A DNA stretch of 64,000 bases from Octopus sinensis (taxonomy: Eukaryota): positions 66,526,001 to 66,590,000 of the forward strand of contig NC_043007.1 of the NCBI RefSeq assembly GCF_006345805.1. Direction: 5' to 3'. Every line of letters begins with the position of its first letter. Positions within the stretch are counted from its first letter, which is position 1. The position numbers and the translations under genes are program-made. This document shows positions 25,620-39,242 of the stretch, piece by piece. Under the pieces are notes generated by a model, which worked only from the letters and a program-made list of their open reading frames with translations, had not been told where the DNA came from and did not search any database.

Positions 25620-26540
25620 ACCACTTAAACACCACTAAGCTTCTTACCACCACCACCACCACCTCAAAACCACCACCATCACCACCACAACTATCGTTAT
25701 CATAATCACCATACCATCACCACAACCGTCCACTAGCGTTACCACTTACACAATCAAAATCCCCATCACCATCGCCACCACTACGACTACCATCACCCTC
25801 GCCATCAATATCATTATCGCCATCACCACCATCACTCTCACAATGTCCATCACCGTCACAACACCACCATCACTACCACCACCACTACCCCATCACAACC
25901 ACTACCACCACCACCATCATAACCATTCACCACCAGCACCACCGCCATCACTACCGCTACAAACACCATTACAACCAACACTACCAACAACACCAACACC
26001 ACCACTACCAACACCACCGCTACATGAGTCATTCTGTGTGACTCGTGAAAAAAGACAACGCTGATGTTTTAGTTACTAAGATTTCATCCTTCTCTAACAC
26101 AAATGATGGTACTAGAGCACCACCACCTTCAATACTACTACTACTACTACTACTACTACTACGACGACGACGACGACGACTACTACTACTACTACTATAA
26201 CTACTACTGCTACTGCTGCTGCTGCTACTACTATTACAATGATGGCACTATTACTACTACTACTACTACTATAACTACTACTGCTACTGCTGCTGCTGCT
26301 ACTACTATTACAATGATGGCACTATTACTACTACTACTACTACTACTACTATTACTACTACTATAAGTTTTCATACTAGTAATATTATCATTGGTTCTAA
26401 TACTACAATCGTTAAAGCCACTAATACTACTTATATTACTACGATTACTAGTAGTATTATTGATATTGCTAATACAACTACTACTACTAATACTTCTACT
26501 ACTACCACTACTACTACTAATAATAATAATACTTCTACTA

Positions 26541-26586
<46 letters not shown>

Positions 26587-26600
26587 AACTACTACTATTA
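25620..26600. repeat. Degenerate (ACC)n tract followed by (TAC)n tracts
   Basis: Read directly; accounts for ORFs 25843, 26103 and 26391. Confidence 0.9.
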
Positions 26601-26978
26601 GTGATGAGTCAATAAGAGAGCTTACAAGTGATTACCAAACTTACCCTAAATAAGAGCCAAATTTCTCTGACAACACACTTTACTGCCTTACAAAACTAGA
26701 AAGGAACAGGAGAACGCAGTGTTAAAATATACTATAGCTGTAAAAGCCGCTATGTTCTTGGTTGGACTAGTTTTGATTGTGGCTCACCTAGGGCTACGAA
26801 ATAACAGCACATTACTATCATAACCCACTCCCGAAAACTCTACGATTCGAAGTAGAAACCCCTGCGTAGTTCCTAGACCTGCTAGATATATCCACCGCCA
26901 TCAACCTAGTAAGTTTGATAAGTGTTAACGCACGAAACTTTCCTGCTTTGAGTCCTCTGTTGCTTCTGCTAAATATTA

Positions 26979-27048
<70 letters not shown>

Positions 27049-27050
<2 letters not shown>

Positions 27051-27250
27051 AGGCACATAGCTTAGTTGTTAGAGCAGCGGACTCGCGGTCGAGGGATCGC
27101 GGATTCGAATCTCAGACCGGGCGATGTGTGTGTTTATGAGCGAAACACCTAAGCTCCATGCGGCTCCGGCAGAAGGTAACGGCGAATGTCTGCTGACTCT
27201 TTCACCACAATTTTCTCTCACGCTTTCCTCCTGCATCTTGCAGCTCACCT
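27049..27250 (+). mobile_element. tRNA-derived SINE family E
   Basis: ggaggcacatagcttagttgttag...ttcgaatctcagaccgggcg...gctccggcag; homologues at ~45100 and ~48700. Confidence 0.75.
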
Positions 27251-27254
27251 ATAT

Positions 27255-28093
27255 GCTTTTAAATCAAGTTAAGTTTGATTTGATCCACTTTGGAAAAAAA
27301 GAAACTCTGAAATTACCACATGCTCTTCTCTCGGGCGACTCCCTTGTGTCATCCAACAATACCAGATACCTTGGAGTAATTGTTGATAACAATCTATCCT
27401 GGAGTTCCCACGTAAACAGCGAGGTTGACTTGGCCCACAAGATGTACTCCTGGATTCTGAGAACTTCCCGGTCTAGAGATACCTACACCATCATCCTTTT
27501 CTGCTCTACTTGTACCCGACCCCACCTTGAACACTGTTGCCCACTGTAGTCCCCCCTCCCATAAGAAGCAACACATTATAAAAGTAGAGGAGCCCCAAAG
27601 GTCAATAAGAAGAAAAATAAACGGTATGAGAGGCATTGACTATTGGGGTCGACTAAAAAACTCAAATCTCTACTCTCTTCAACGCCGCCAGGAACGCTAA
27701 TCATTTGTCTGAAGTGGAAAATATTCCATCAATATTGCACAAATGATGTTGGCATCAATTTTAAAATCCATCCATGACTTAGTCCCCGTGCTATCCGCCC
27801 AATACAAAATTCGAAATCGGTACACATAGCAACATTACGTCACAATTACTTTACTTCAACCGGTCCAGCTTTCTTTAATACCATACCAAAATACGTCAAA
27901 ACGGAAACGGATTCCATAAATTCAAATGTTCACGGGACAAATTTCTTCAAAATATTCCCGGACCAACCTCCTACTCCCGGATATGTCTCCAACAATAATA
28001 ACTCTTTACTAGAGTAAGCCATAGCGCTCCAAATATGACTAAAAGACTTCACCAGGTGGGGCTATAAAATTAGACATGGCCTGGGCTTATACA
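27255..28093 (+). mobile_element. CR1-like LINE 3' fragment (RT C-terminus and 3' UTR)
   Basis: RYLGVIVDNNLSWSSHV...WILRT...RPHLEHCCPL..SP, followed by DYWGRLKKL..YSLQRR. Confidence 0.8.
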
Positions 28094-28184
28094 GGCCGAA
28101 ACCTATCAAAGTCATATATATATATATACATACATATATGTATGTGTGTGTGTGTGAGTGTGTGTATATATATATCTATATATC

Positions 28185-28402
28185 CTTTCAACATGTGATC
28201 TCTTGAGTACCACCAGCAAAAAAATTTTTTTCCTCTGTCTTCCCTTCTCGGGATCTTTCCTTCTCCTTTGTTTCCGACGAAGAGCTCCGCTCGAAACGTT
28301 AAACCCTCCTTCCCTTCTTTCCTGAGCGTCAAATAATACTTTAATTGTTCCACGTCCTCGCGTTGCTGTGTTTTTTTCTGTGTTTTCTTGTTTGGATTAA
28401 CG
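28185..28402 (+). mobile_element. Family H repeat (CCGACGA variant)
   Basis: gttt-CCGACGA-a-gagc-tcc-gctc-GAAA-cgtt-aaac at 28270-28304. Confidence 0.8.
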
Positions 28403-28677
28403 ATATATATATATATATACATACATACATACATACATACATACATACATACATACATACCACCAACATTATTGCCAGTACCGACACCAACCCCACGAGT
28501 CTCCTTATGGTGACTCCTACCTTACATGCATCATTGAAAACAGCAACCGACTTCGTTTCTCCAAACAACGAATAAACAAAAATTGATCAGTCTCTGCTGA
28601 GGTGTTATTATTAGAGAAAGAAAAAACAAAGAAAAGTCCGAACCTGAGTGATGACATGTCAGCATTAGCTCACAATG

Positions 28678-28718
28678 TGTTGACGTCAACAGGATCCTGA
28701 CCAAATGGATGACGTCAT
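28678..28718. promoter_or_regulatory. Pair of full palindromic CRE sites (TGACGTCA)
   Basis: Exact matches at 28681-28688 and 28710-28717 in apparently non-repetitive DNA; function not shown. Confidence 0.35.
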
Positions 28719-29137
28719 TAGTGTTTCCCCACCCGCTTGCCACCCCGTCTGATGGGTCAGATACCTGCGAATGGGAATGTTACATTCTCTGCTGACAACA
28801 ATAAACTGGCTTTATTAGTAATTATATTGATTAGTCACTCCTGGGCAGATGCTAAAGATGAGCAGGCTTTATGCATATGTATTCATTTATACATACATAC
28901 ACATATACATACATACTTACATACATATTATACATGCATACATACACAAACATGTGTACGTGTGTAAATATGTAGTAATATGCATAGTGTGTGTATGTGA
29001 TGTGTGTATACGCACATACATACATACAGAAATATAAATACATGTATACATATATATATAAATAAACATGCACACATACACATATACATATGTATACGCA
29101 TATATATAGAGACACACATATAAGTACACGTACACAC

Positions 29138-29270
<133 letters not shown>

Positions 29271-29317
29271 TACATACATACATACATACATATATACACA
29301 CACATACGTACACATGT

Positions 29318-29560
29318 GGAGGCGCGTGACTTAGTGGTAAGGGTGTTGCACTCATGATCGTAAGATTGTAGTTTCGATTCTTTGAGCGGGCGATGCGCTT
29401 TGTTCCTGAACAAAGCACTTCATTTCACGTTGCTGCAGACTACTCAGTCGGCAAAAATGAATAATCTTGGGAATAACCGGAGCCCTACTCAAGGTGGGGA
29501 AGTATATATGCGACAGAAACCTAGAAATCGGCCTTATAAGCCTATAACTTGAGAAGGGCC
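29318..29560 (+). mobile_element. SINE family C, near full length
   Basis: ggaggcgcgtgacttagtggtaaggg...gtttcgattc...cctgaacaaagcactt. Confidence 0.8.
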
Positions 29561-30119
29561 TTTGATATGTTTTTATACACTCATAAATACAAACACACAC
29601 ACACACACACACACAACACACACACACACACACATACACATACATACATACATATATACATACATACATACATACATACATATATGCATACATGCATACA
29701 TACATTCATACATACATGCAGAATGTAAATATACGTATGTGCTTATAGGACCGATTTTTTATAGACGTAATACGTACATGAGGTTCTTTGTACGTTTGAC
29801 AGGTCTTGTGGGATACAGTCCACAAGTGTGATCATATTTTTAATTATTTTCATTTCGCACCAGATCAGCCTTGATCAAGTTGACCAATAAATTAAGATGT
29901 TCCAGCCATGACCGAAATGTCTCACTTCGTAACATGTTTTATTTAGTTTAATTAATAAGCCACAACCTATGTCATGCTGATGGCTTCTAACAAGAAAGAA
30001 ATGGTGCTATACATGATTACATACGACTAGACATTTTAAAATATCTGTAATGAGCAAAAATAAATAATTAAAAATGAACATTCTATGTTCTTGATTAAAA
30101 CTTTTAACTGCTAATTTGT

Positions 30120-30330
30120 CTAGAGATGATTATCTACCTTGCAACACTTGTCCGAACATGTAAGAAACTCCAACACCAGCTCAAAATTTGTCGTGTTCTA
30201 TAGTTTTGAAAACAATCTCTATGAACACAACGACGTTGGAGAACCATCTGTAATTTAAATTCTGTTCGAATAAAAAGCTGATATCCACCAGCATGAAATA
30301 TTAAATTCCAAAGAAATTAAGAATCCCATT
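30120..30330 (-). mobile_element. Possible hAT transposase dimerisation-domain remnant
   Basis: SPTSLCS*RLFSKL resembles PATSxxSERLFS; heavily decayed. Confidence 0.3.
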
Positions 30331-30494
30331 TTTTTAAAAATAACTGTTTATTCACCTTTCCGATACGGGGTGCTCTTTTTTAGTTTCTAAAGTTAATTTA
30401 CAATAACTTTACCTTTCAACGATGTATTTACATTAAGTATGATATGTAGATGAATATTTTAATTCAAAATTGCTTCTATAGCATAATGAAACTA

Positions 30495-30700
30495 CATGAG
30501 GATTGTTGGCGATTTTTTCCTACATCTTCCGTTTCTCTTGGACATTCCTCTGTCTCCTGTTTCTGAAGAAGAGCTTTGCTTGAACCATAAAACACCCTTT
30601 CTTTCCTTCCCTGAGCGTCTTTTAATACTTTGCACGTACCACATCCTCGCGTTGTTCTTTTTTTCTTGTGTTTTTACTTCGTTTTGTGGGGAGATAAACT
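30495..30700 (+). mobile_element. Family H repeat, degenerate
   Basis: CTGAAGA-a-gagc-ttt-gctt-GAAC; 3' ccacatcctcgcgttg. Confidence 0.7.
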
Positions 30701-30709
30701 ATATATATA

Positions 30710-30741
<32 letters not shown>

Positions 30742-31105
30742 GTAGGTCCCGGGTTGATTCGGGGTTAACCACAGTAAATAAGGTACTCAATACATAGCAG
30801 AGTAAAATTAATTTATTATATAGAAGGAGCTTTTACAGGACTAGAACTGTTTCATTCAAGAGAAATCTTCAGGAAGCTAGTTAACAAGAATTGTATTGGC
30901 ATTTATACATTTAGGCAGGTTTAAAGGGGTGGTGTTGGGGGACTTTTTGGGGGTAGGCATAGCGCAAAAAATCATACTTGGGGGAGTGGTCAAGGAGTCA
31001 GTGGTAAATTAGATAGAAGAATAAATAAAAGAATAAAAAAAGGGAGAATAAAAAAATATATAGAAGAATAGAGTTTCAGGTAAATAAGGAAAATCTCACT
31101 TATAC
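30742..31105 (-). mobile_element. Repeat inserted in (TA)n with a hammerhead-like motif; probably a PLE terminus
   Basis: Minus strand CTGAAGA-tttctcttgaat-GAAA-c-agttcta-GTC at 30839-30872. Confidence 0.45.
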
Positions 31106-31179
31106 CTATACACATATGTATACATATATACACACACACACACACACATATACATACTCACATACATACACACACACCC

Positions 31180-31214
<35 letters not shown>

Positions 31215-31264
31215 TACATATACATACATATATCTACACATACATATACATATATTATATATAT

Positions 31265-31298
<34 letters not shown>

Positions 31299-31299
31299 G

Positions 31300-31332
<33 letters not shown>

Positions 31333-31402
31333 ATATATATTATATATATATATATATACAGGTTTTAGACCAAATGACTATAATTGTTTCTGTGTATAAG
31401 TA

Positions 31403-31859
31403 TCAGCTGGTAATTGCTGAATGCTTCCCAGATTAAACACACTAGTGCATTAATACGATCCGATTATAGTTGTGTGCCTGCACGTCTTCAGGTGAATAGG
31501 TTCAAGAGCGCAGTTGGATCACCTAGAGTTTCCTTTCGTTTTATACTCGTAAAAGTCGAAACACGTCTGCGCTAACCCATATAAGGGGTTGGTTTATTTT
31601 ATACTTTATACTTTTGATATTTTTTTTTATCTCCATTAATTTATTTTTGGTAATTTTTTATTTGTATCGCTTTCTATTTCCGTGTTGTTTTTTTGTCAAA
31701 GGAATACTAAAAATAGAATAAAACAATGGGAAACTATCAGTGACCCCAAAGTGTTTTCGAACCGACATACCTGAAGATATGCAGGTACACAACTACTACT
31801 GGATCTTGTTGTTGCAATAATGTGTTTAATATGTGAAACACTCACCAATTACCAGCTGA
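31403..31859. mobile_element. Old ~460-bp inverted-repeat element
   Basis: tcagctggtaattg...attaaacaca is mirrored by tgtgtttaat...caattaccagctga; similarity extends about 150 bp. Confidence 0.65.
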
Positions 31860-32061
31860 CATTAACGCACATATATATATATATATATATTATATATAAT
31901 ATATATATATATATATTATTATATATATATATAGATATATATATATACATTCATTCATACAATAAATACACACGTACTATCATACGTACTTAGACGCATG
32001 CATATAGGTATGCAGTACTTATGTATCGTTATGGTCTTATTTGTAAGTACATGTGTATGTA

Positions 32062-32123
<62 letters not shown>

Positions 32124-32774
32124 AATACATATATATATATACACACGTTTACACATACGTACATACATATAAATGTTTATGTCAGTATATCTGTATTTGT
32201 ATATGTAAGCATGGATATAATAATGATAATAGCAAACTGCTTTGTTTCAGGTTCCTGCAGACACATATTTTAATGGTTGAAAAACCTGTTTACACCGTCA
32301 GGCTACACCTTTCTACAACACCGTTGGTCAACAGTTGAATAGGCTATTTATTGGAAGCATTATTTCCCCTTCTTCCAATTTCCTGCATTAACGCCAACCA
32401 GGTGGTATCGTCTGCAGTCGTAGCCACCACCACCACTACCACCAGCACCACCATTACCATCACCAGGATCACCAACACCATTATACTTACCATTATACGT
32501 CGTTGTCGTTGTTGTCAGACATCGAGCTCTTCGTCATCGTTGTCGCCGTCGTCGTCGTCGTCGTCGTCTTCGCAGACTGTTAAACAGGAACAAATTAACG
32601 ATCGGGTGGTGTATCGATGCTATGGCTCCGAGTGAGAGCTGACAAAGGAAGTGGGGGGAAATAATAAAAATAAATGGGTGTGTGTCTATTGATGTGTGTA
32701 TGTCTTGGTCTGTACATATGCGTGTGTGTGAGTGAGTAAGTATGTATGTATTTATATATATATGTATATACATA

Positions 32775-32845
<71 letters not shown>

Positions 32846-32983
32846 GAGAGAGGAGAGAGACATATGAACGTAATACATACATATATGCAAATATGCATAC
32901 ACGCATATATATATATATATACATACACCTATAACTCGCCCACACACCCACACACACTATATATATATATATATATATTGTAG

Positions 32984-33015
<32 letters not shown>

Positions 33016-33215
33016 CTACAATATATATGATATATATACCTGTGTGTGTGTGTGTGTGTATACATACTTACCTATATAAAGAGAGGAAGGAGAGGAAGGA
33101 AGAGAAAGAGAGAGATGATTAATTCGATTAATTCTTATGCATGCATGTTCGTACATTTCAATGAATCACCTCTGACAATCGTCGCCTTGTTTCGATTTTT
33201 CTCGCTTATTTATGC

Positions 33216-33247
<32 letters not shown>

Positions 33248-33262
33248 ATATATATATACATG

Positions 33263-33294
<32 letters not shown>

Positions 33295-33333
33295 CATACA
33301 TACACATACATACATAGTTACATACATACATAC

Positions 33334-33365
<32 letters not shown>

Positions 33366-33704
33366 TAAAAGAGAGAATGTGTAAAAACAATGTCAGTCAT
33401 ACTATTATAGCTGGTGACTATTATTCTGTAGCCACGGGTCAGCCTTAATCGAGTACGTCAGTAATGGCATGTGGATGTTCATACCAGAAACCAATTGTTG
33501 TGATATAGTGTCGGGGACAGAATTAAGGTATTACTACCTGAGGGTCACCCTGCATATTATGCACATTCCGACCTATGAGGTGGGGTTTTATATGTCCACC
33601 CTGCTCCCTTATATTGGCTGCTTCCCCCCCTCTCTCTCTCTCTCTCTCTCTTTCTCACCTACTCCTGTCCGGTCTACGTATGTTTCTTTTTACTGATTTT
33701 TTTC

Positions 33705-34075
33705 TTGTTACCCTTTTCAGTCATTAGACTATGGCCATACTGGAGCAGCGCTTTGAAGATTTTTTAGCAAAACAAATGGAATCTATAACTTTTATTCAAG
33801 CCTAGTACTTATTCTATCGGTCTGCTTTGCTGACCCCTTAAGGTACAGGGACGTAAATACACCAACACTGGTTGTCAAGCAGTCGTGGGGTACAGAGACA
33901 CGATGACAAACACAAACAAATATGTATATCTGCGTGTTTCTGACTACCAAATCCACTCACAAGGCCTTGGTTAGCCCTAGACTATAACAAAAGACACTTT
34001 TCCACGGTGCCATACAGTGGGACTGAACACGAAACCATGTAGTTGGGAAGCAACGTTCTTACCACACAGCCACGC
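33705..34075 (-). mobile_element. SINE family B
   Basis: ggttgtcaagc, ccaaatccactcacaaggc, gtgggactgaac. Confidence 0.8.
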
Positions 34076-34248
34076 CGATGACTGCTTTTTAGTTTTTTTT
34101 TTTTTTGGGGGGGGGGTTTCCATAGCAAAAGTGAGCATGGAATACACGAGCGCAGTATAACGGTAAATTGTCTTCCTGTAACACAAGGACACTACCACTT
34201 ATATTCTTATTATATATATATTTATTTATATTGAGGGCATTACTATAC

Positions 34249-34356
34249 ATAAATGCTACACGCTAAGAGGGACTCTTAAAGTCAAAACTACCAAAAAATA
34301 TTTATTTATTTTGGTAGTTTTTACGTTAAGAGTCCCTCCTAGCGTGTGGCATTTAT
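34249..34356. other. 108-nt hairpin
   Basis: 34249-34296 pairs with 34309-34356 (44/48). Confidence 0.8.
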
Positions 34357-34825
34357 TTGAGGAAAGCAGTGTATAGAAGTGGTAAAAAAAAGCTTCCTGT
34401 ACATGGTATGTAACTTCCAATAGTAGTTCACGTTTAGTCATTTCAAAGCACGGAGCCGTGGAATCTGTGTTGCTCATTCGAAAGCATCTTGCGGTTTGAA
34501 TGAAAATTTGAGAATGTATAGGTAGTATTTGTGGACAGATGAGGTTGTGAGAGATGTGTGTGATAGAATGAGGAGATAGGAGTGGGGCGGGATAGGAAGC
34601 GATAAGAAGGTAAGGAGTGAATAAGTGTGAGATATTGTGAATAAGGGTGTATGACAGAGCTGCATTAAGGGATGGGTAGCGAAAATGTATGGGTAGCTTG
34701 ATACTAAATTGAGTAGTATTTTTAGTAGCAAAATTAAAAGTAAGACTATATTTATATATATCTTTTTCCATATAAATTTCCTGAAAACTTTTCACAGCCT
34801 TGGTCTTGTTATCTCATTTTGTCTA

Positions 34826-34862
<37 letters not shown>

Positions 34863-34869
34863 TGCTAAT

Positions 34870-36420
34870 ACAAGACCCACATTAGACTCCTCATTCGTAT
34901 CACTATCGAACCAAGTGTTCTGTCCATAGAACTTACTTAGCGTTACCTGCCATTCTTTGGGTCTTCTAGATACCAAAACCTCTCATACCTTCGCTTCCTC
35001 GTAAATACAAGCACTTATTGCAGGTAACGCTTTCATAATAGATAAACAATTCCTTGGCATCTCTCTTAAGGACATATCTATTCCTCCACAGAAGACTTTC
35101 CTCTTACTCATCCGAAGAATGCGATGGAAAGTCCTCTTTCACGACAACCAAATATACCGAAGCAACACCAACACATACAAACTTCGATCATATAAACACC
35201 CTCCACACACTCCAAAACTCAACAAATATACCGAAGCAACACCAACACATACAAACTTCGATCATATAAACACCCTCCACACACTCCAAAACTCAACAAA
35301 TTTGAAGCAGATATGCTTCATATGATCACAGACATTAAATTCTCCAAATATAAATCACCCCCTTTCAAAAACGACTTTTACACACTATAAAACGAATCGT
35401 TTCATCCCCTAAATTTCACGTCTTCTCGGATAAAACAGGAAATATGTATCCTATTACCATAGAATAATACAACAAGCTATTCTGCCCTACACCTCCACGC
35501 TTCAAACTCAAAGATCATAAGAACCATCGATACACCTCATATGCTCCACCAAATCCGACCTGGGAAGAATAAGCAAAAATATTTTGGACAAAATTATACC
35601 AATCGTCAAGGAGAGTTTAAACATCAACTTACAATCCTGTACAGGTGAAGTTATAACATGGTTCCATCTCTTAAGCAACAAAAATTATTATTCTTTCCTA
35701 CAATTCAATATAAATAATTACTAATCTATTTCTCCTAAACTTCTTAATCAAGCTCTCCTTCTAGCTAGGAATCTAACTAACTTTATCCTTCTAGAAATTA
35801 ACATAATCCTTAATGACCGTAAAACCCTTATTTCTGTTGGGGACAAACTCTGGTGCCGGGCCAATCACCATAACAATACCAATAGCCATAGCAATTTATC
35901 TGACATTACCATGAGATTATCCGACTTCGCCCAGGTCACCGACTTTGTTGGACTATACATACTCCATCAGCTCCAAATATATTTCCTTAATCTCAAGGGA
36001 AGCCTCTACGGAGACGACGCCTTGCTAGTTACCAAGAGCATAAATAAATCCTCTTTAGAACGAGCTAGAAAAGATCTACACAAATGTTTCTCTTGCCTAA
36101 ACCTGTCTATTAATTTATGAAAATTCCCACAAAACTACTAACTTTTTAGACGTAACTTCAAACTTAGAAACCTCCCAATACTTCCCTTATCACAAACCTA
36201 ACCAATGCCTTAAATACTTAAACATTCATTCCAATCACCACAAATCCACCTTTGATAACATAGTCAAGAGTATCTCGATCCGTATATCTGACCTCTCTTC
36301 CACTGAGAAAATATTCAATAACCACGCACCATATTACAACCAAGCGCTCGCTGCCAGCGGCTTCTCCCAACAAATAAAATACATCCCTAATACTAGGCTC
36401 AAGCAAACAAAGGACTGAAA
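34870..36420 (+). mobile_element. Decayed Penelope-like element RT region
   Basis: EVITWF..FLQFNINNY*SISPKLLNQAL; VGLYILHQL..LYGDDALL; NFLDVT..PYHKPN; SIRISDLSSTEKIFNNHAPYYNQALAASGF; contains a ~74-bp tandem duplication at 35150-35300. Confidence 0.8.
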
Positions 36421-36514
36421 CAAGTAATAGAATATAACAAAAAAAGAATATATATATTTCAGCTACTATGATGGAACACCATCTTCAAATCGCCTCCAGT
36501 ACTTATGTTTAAAG

Positions 36515-36626
36515 TCATACAAGGCTTATAGCAGAAAACTCTTGCCCAAGGTGCCGCACAATGGGACTGCACCCAAAACAACTTGATTGGGTTGCAAGCT
36601 TCTTCACCACACAACCACGCCTGCGC
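36515..36626 (-). mobile_element. SINE family B, 5' half
   Basis: cttgcccaaggtgccgca...accacgcctgcgc. Confidence 0.75.
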
Positions 36627-36699
36627 ATATACATGCATACATACACACATACAGACGGACAGATAAATAGATAGCCAGATAGATACATACATACCTACA

Positions 36700-36730
<31 letters not shown>

Positions 36731-36827
36731 TTGCATATATATATAGAGACATATATGTATACATATATATACATACACATACATACATACATACATACAT
36801 ACATACATACATACATACATACATACA

Positions 36828-36859
<32 letters not shown>

Positions 36860-37379
36860 ACAGAAATGAGCGAGGTAGCTCATGGTTGCCAGTGGCTTGA
36901 ATTGGGATAACAAAAGCGAATAAATTGTTATTAATTCTATAGAAATCAAATTCTTGATGTTCTGAAATTGTCTTCGTAACTGATTGTGAATCAGAGAAAA
37001 TTTCAAGAATCAAGAATTCTCTGGAAATGACATACCATTGAGAAAATTTTGGTGTGTTCATATGTTGTTGTTTTTGGTTTTATCCAGAAGACAAGGAGGA
37101 CAGCTGTGGACAAGTATTTCTGCCTCAATAGATGCCTCAGTTAATGCCTGGAGTCACGATAGTGCAGTTGTTCCATCTTATTTCCAGCAGTCATACGTAA
37201 GAGGCGTATCCAAAAAAAAGAGAACATTCATAGCCTAGGGTAATTTGCATAATTGAAATAAAACCATACGTGGGTGTGTGTCTATGTATGTTTGTGTATA
37301 TGCGTGCATGCGTGTGTTCACGCGCTTGGGTATTTTGAGGTTTCACGAGCCGGAATTAAACCAGTGAATTGTTTGAGGT

Positions 37380-38330
37380 ATTGAAACTTCCAATTCCTGT
37401 AATTAATATTCACTTTACAAAAGGCTAGATGTCTTTTCAAGAAAATATTTAGAGCAGCTCTATAAACATGCGGATATAAATTACATCAACCCTTGCCTTC
37501 AGGTGTTTGGTGTGTATTCAAGCAATGGACCTGTACAATGGCACAGTAGAAGCTTCTCTTTAAAATCTGGTATCGTTAACATGATATTTGACAGAGGCCA
37601 TAAAAAGAGCCTTTGCTTTTGTAAGTCGAAATTTTGTCATTTCTGGAGAAGTGATGTTACTTCCTAAATACACAAAGGATTCTGTAAATTTTAAAGGTCT
37701 CTATTTGATTATACATATTGATCCCTCTTGATTGTATCAGATGTATTCAGTGTTTAAGGTAGTGATAAATAAACCAATATCTTCTGCTGTATCTTCGAAA
37801 TCCTCTCTTGTAGAAGGGTGGCAGCTTGAGGTAATCTATAGAAAAGGCTATATAATTAAAATGATCTGAGTCTGTTCTTGTAGTGAGTGGTGACAAGAAG
37901 AGGTGGATTTTGTAGCCAAGAGCCTTAACTTTTTCAATTGAGGTGAGAAGAATGTAATCCAGGTAAATGATAGATAAGAATGGTGTAAGTGTATCGCCTT
38001 GCATAGCATACTGATTCTCTCTTTCCAAGCGGTCGTAGTATATTGTATATGCTAATTATACTTCTGTATACGTGCCAAACACAAGGCCTCGTCATTGTTG
38101 GGCTGTGGTGATTGTATGTCTCAGTGACCCTGAGACTTATGGCAGAGAGTTGCAAACTCCTAGTAAGGGTTCCCATGCTGGGAAAGTCAAAAGGAAGACG
38201 CCTGACTAATATGTACTAACTCATCTAGAACTTTATCAATCTTATCTAGAAAAAAATGCACAGTTACGAAAGCATCAACGACAATTCGAAACCAACGGAA
38301 ACTTGAAGAGTAAGACATTCCCTCAAGGAA
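37380..38330 (-). mobile_element. Decayed RTE-like LINE reverse transcriptase
   Basis: QGDTLTPFLSIIYLDYILLTSI resembles QGDTLAPFLFIICLDYVLRTSI; downstream YLGSNITS..KAK. Confidence 0.75.
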
Positions 38331-38574
38331 ATATTCCAAGGGAAAGGCAGAATAGGGATCACTCTAAAAATAGATGAATGCAGGATACGGACGACAAAGG
38401 TGAAAAAAGCAAGAATGCAACTGGAAAGAAACAGAAGAGACACATCACAACGGAGAAAAAGATCTCGATGGATTATCTTCCATAAGGAACGAAGAACCTA
38501 AGTATATACGCACCTACGCATGTGTGTCGTGTGTGAGTATATCTATGTATAGGTATATACATACATACGTATGT

Positions 38575-38770
38575 ATGTAAAGGACAAAAACCTCCTTCGG
38601 TCATGAATGACCATGGGATTGCACCTAGAAAGTTTTCCTCAAAGGCTCAAGTCCGGGCAAGGCTGTTTATGGAAGACCAGCAGTCGCCCATGATTATCAG
38701 CCTCCCCTTTCCATGCCACTGATGTTGTCCAAGGCAAAGGAGGATACAACTTAGCACTAATAACGTCCAA
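38575..38770 (-). mobile_element. Family D repeat segment
   Basis: gaccatgggattgcacctag, gaagaccagcagtcgcc, ccatgccactgatgttgtc; homologous to 8228-8425 and ~58900-59050. Confidence 0.7.
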
Positions 38771-38790
38771 CTCATTTCTACAGCTGAATG

Positions 38791-38849
<59 letters not shown>

Positions 38850-39049
38850 TATGTAGACATACATATAATATACATCCATATATACATATGTACATATATA
38901 TATGTGCGTGTGTGCGTGTGTGTGTATATAGATTAACAGCCACAACCACACACACAGACACAGACACACGTGCTATCATTACACACACATAGACCTGCGC
39001 GCGCGCACATACCCACACACACACACACATACCTCCTTCTCTTGCACTC

Positions 39050-39242
39050 ACCTGTCTTTGAAAGAACTTTTTCTTCACCCATTCCCTTCCTTTCCTTTTT
39101 CTATGTTTCTGATGAAGAGCTCCGCTCGAAACGTTAAATCCTCCTTCTTTCTTTCCTTTCCTGAGAGTCCAATAACACTATACTTGTTCCACGTCCTCGC
39201 GTTGTTGTGTTTTCTCTTTGTATTTTCATGTTTGGATTAACC
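39050..39242 (+). mobile_element. Family H repeat with the best-preserved hammerhead-like core
   Basis: gttt-CTGATGA-a-gagc-tcc-gctc-GAAA-cgtt-aaat at 39105-39139. Confidence 0.8.

Noticed and set aside
27049-27125. tRNA-like sequence
   Set aside because: It has A and B boxes but no intact cloverleaf, and it continues into a repeat body found elsewhere, so it is a SINE head.
32351-32635. ORF with poly-Thr/Ser and a VKQE motif
   Set aside because: It has a TTG start after an in-frame stop, is dominated by triplet repeats, and lacks convincing splice sites on the plus strand.
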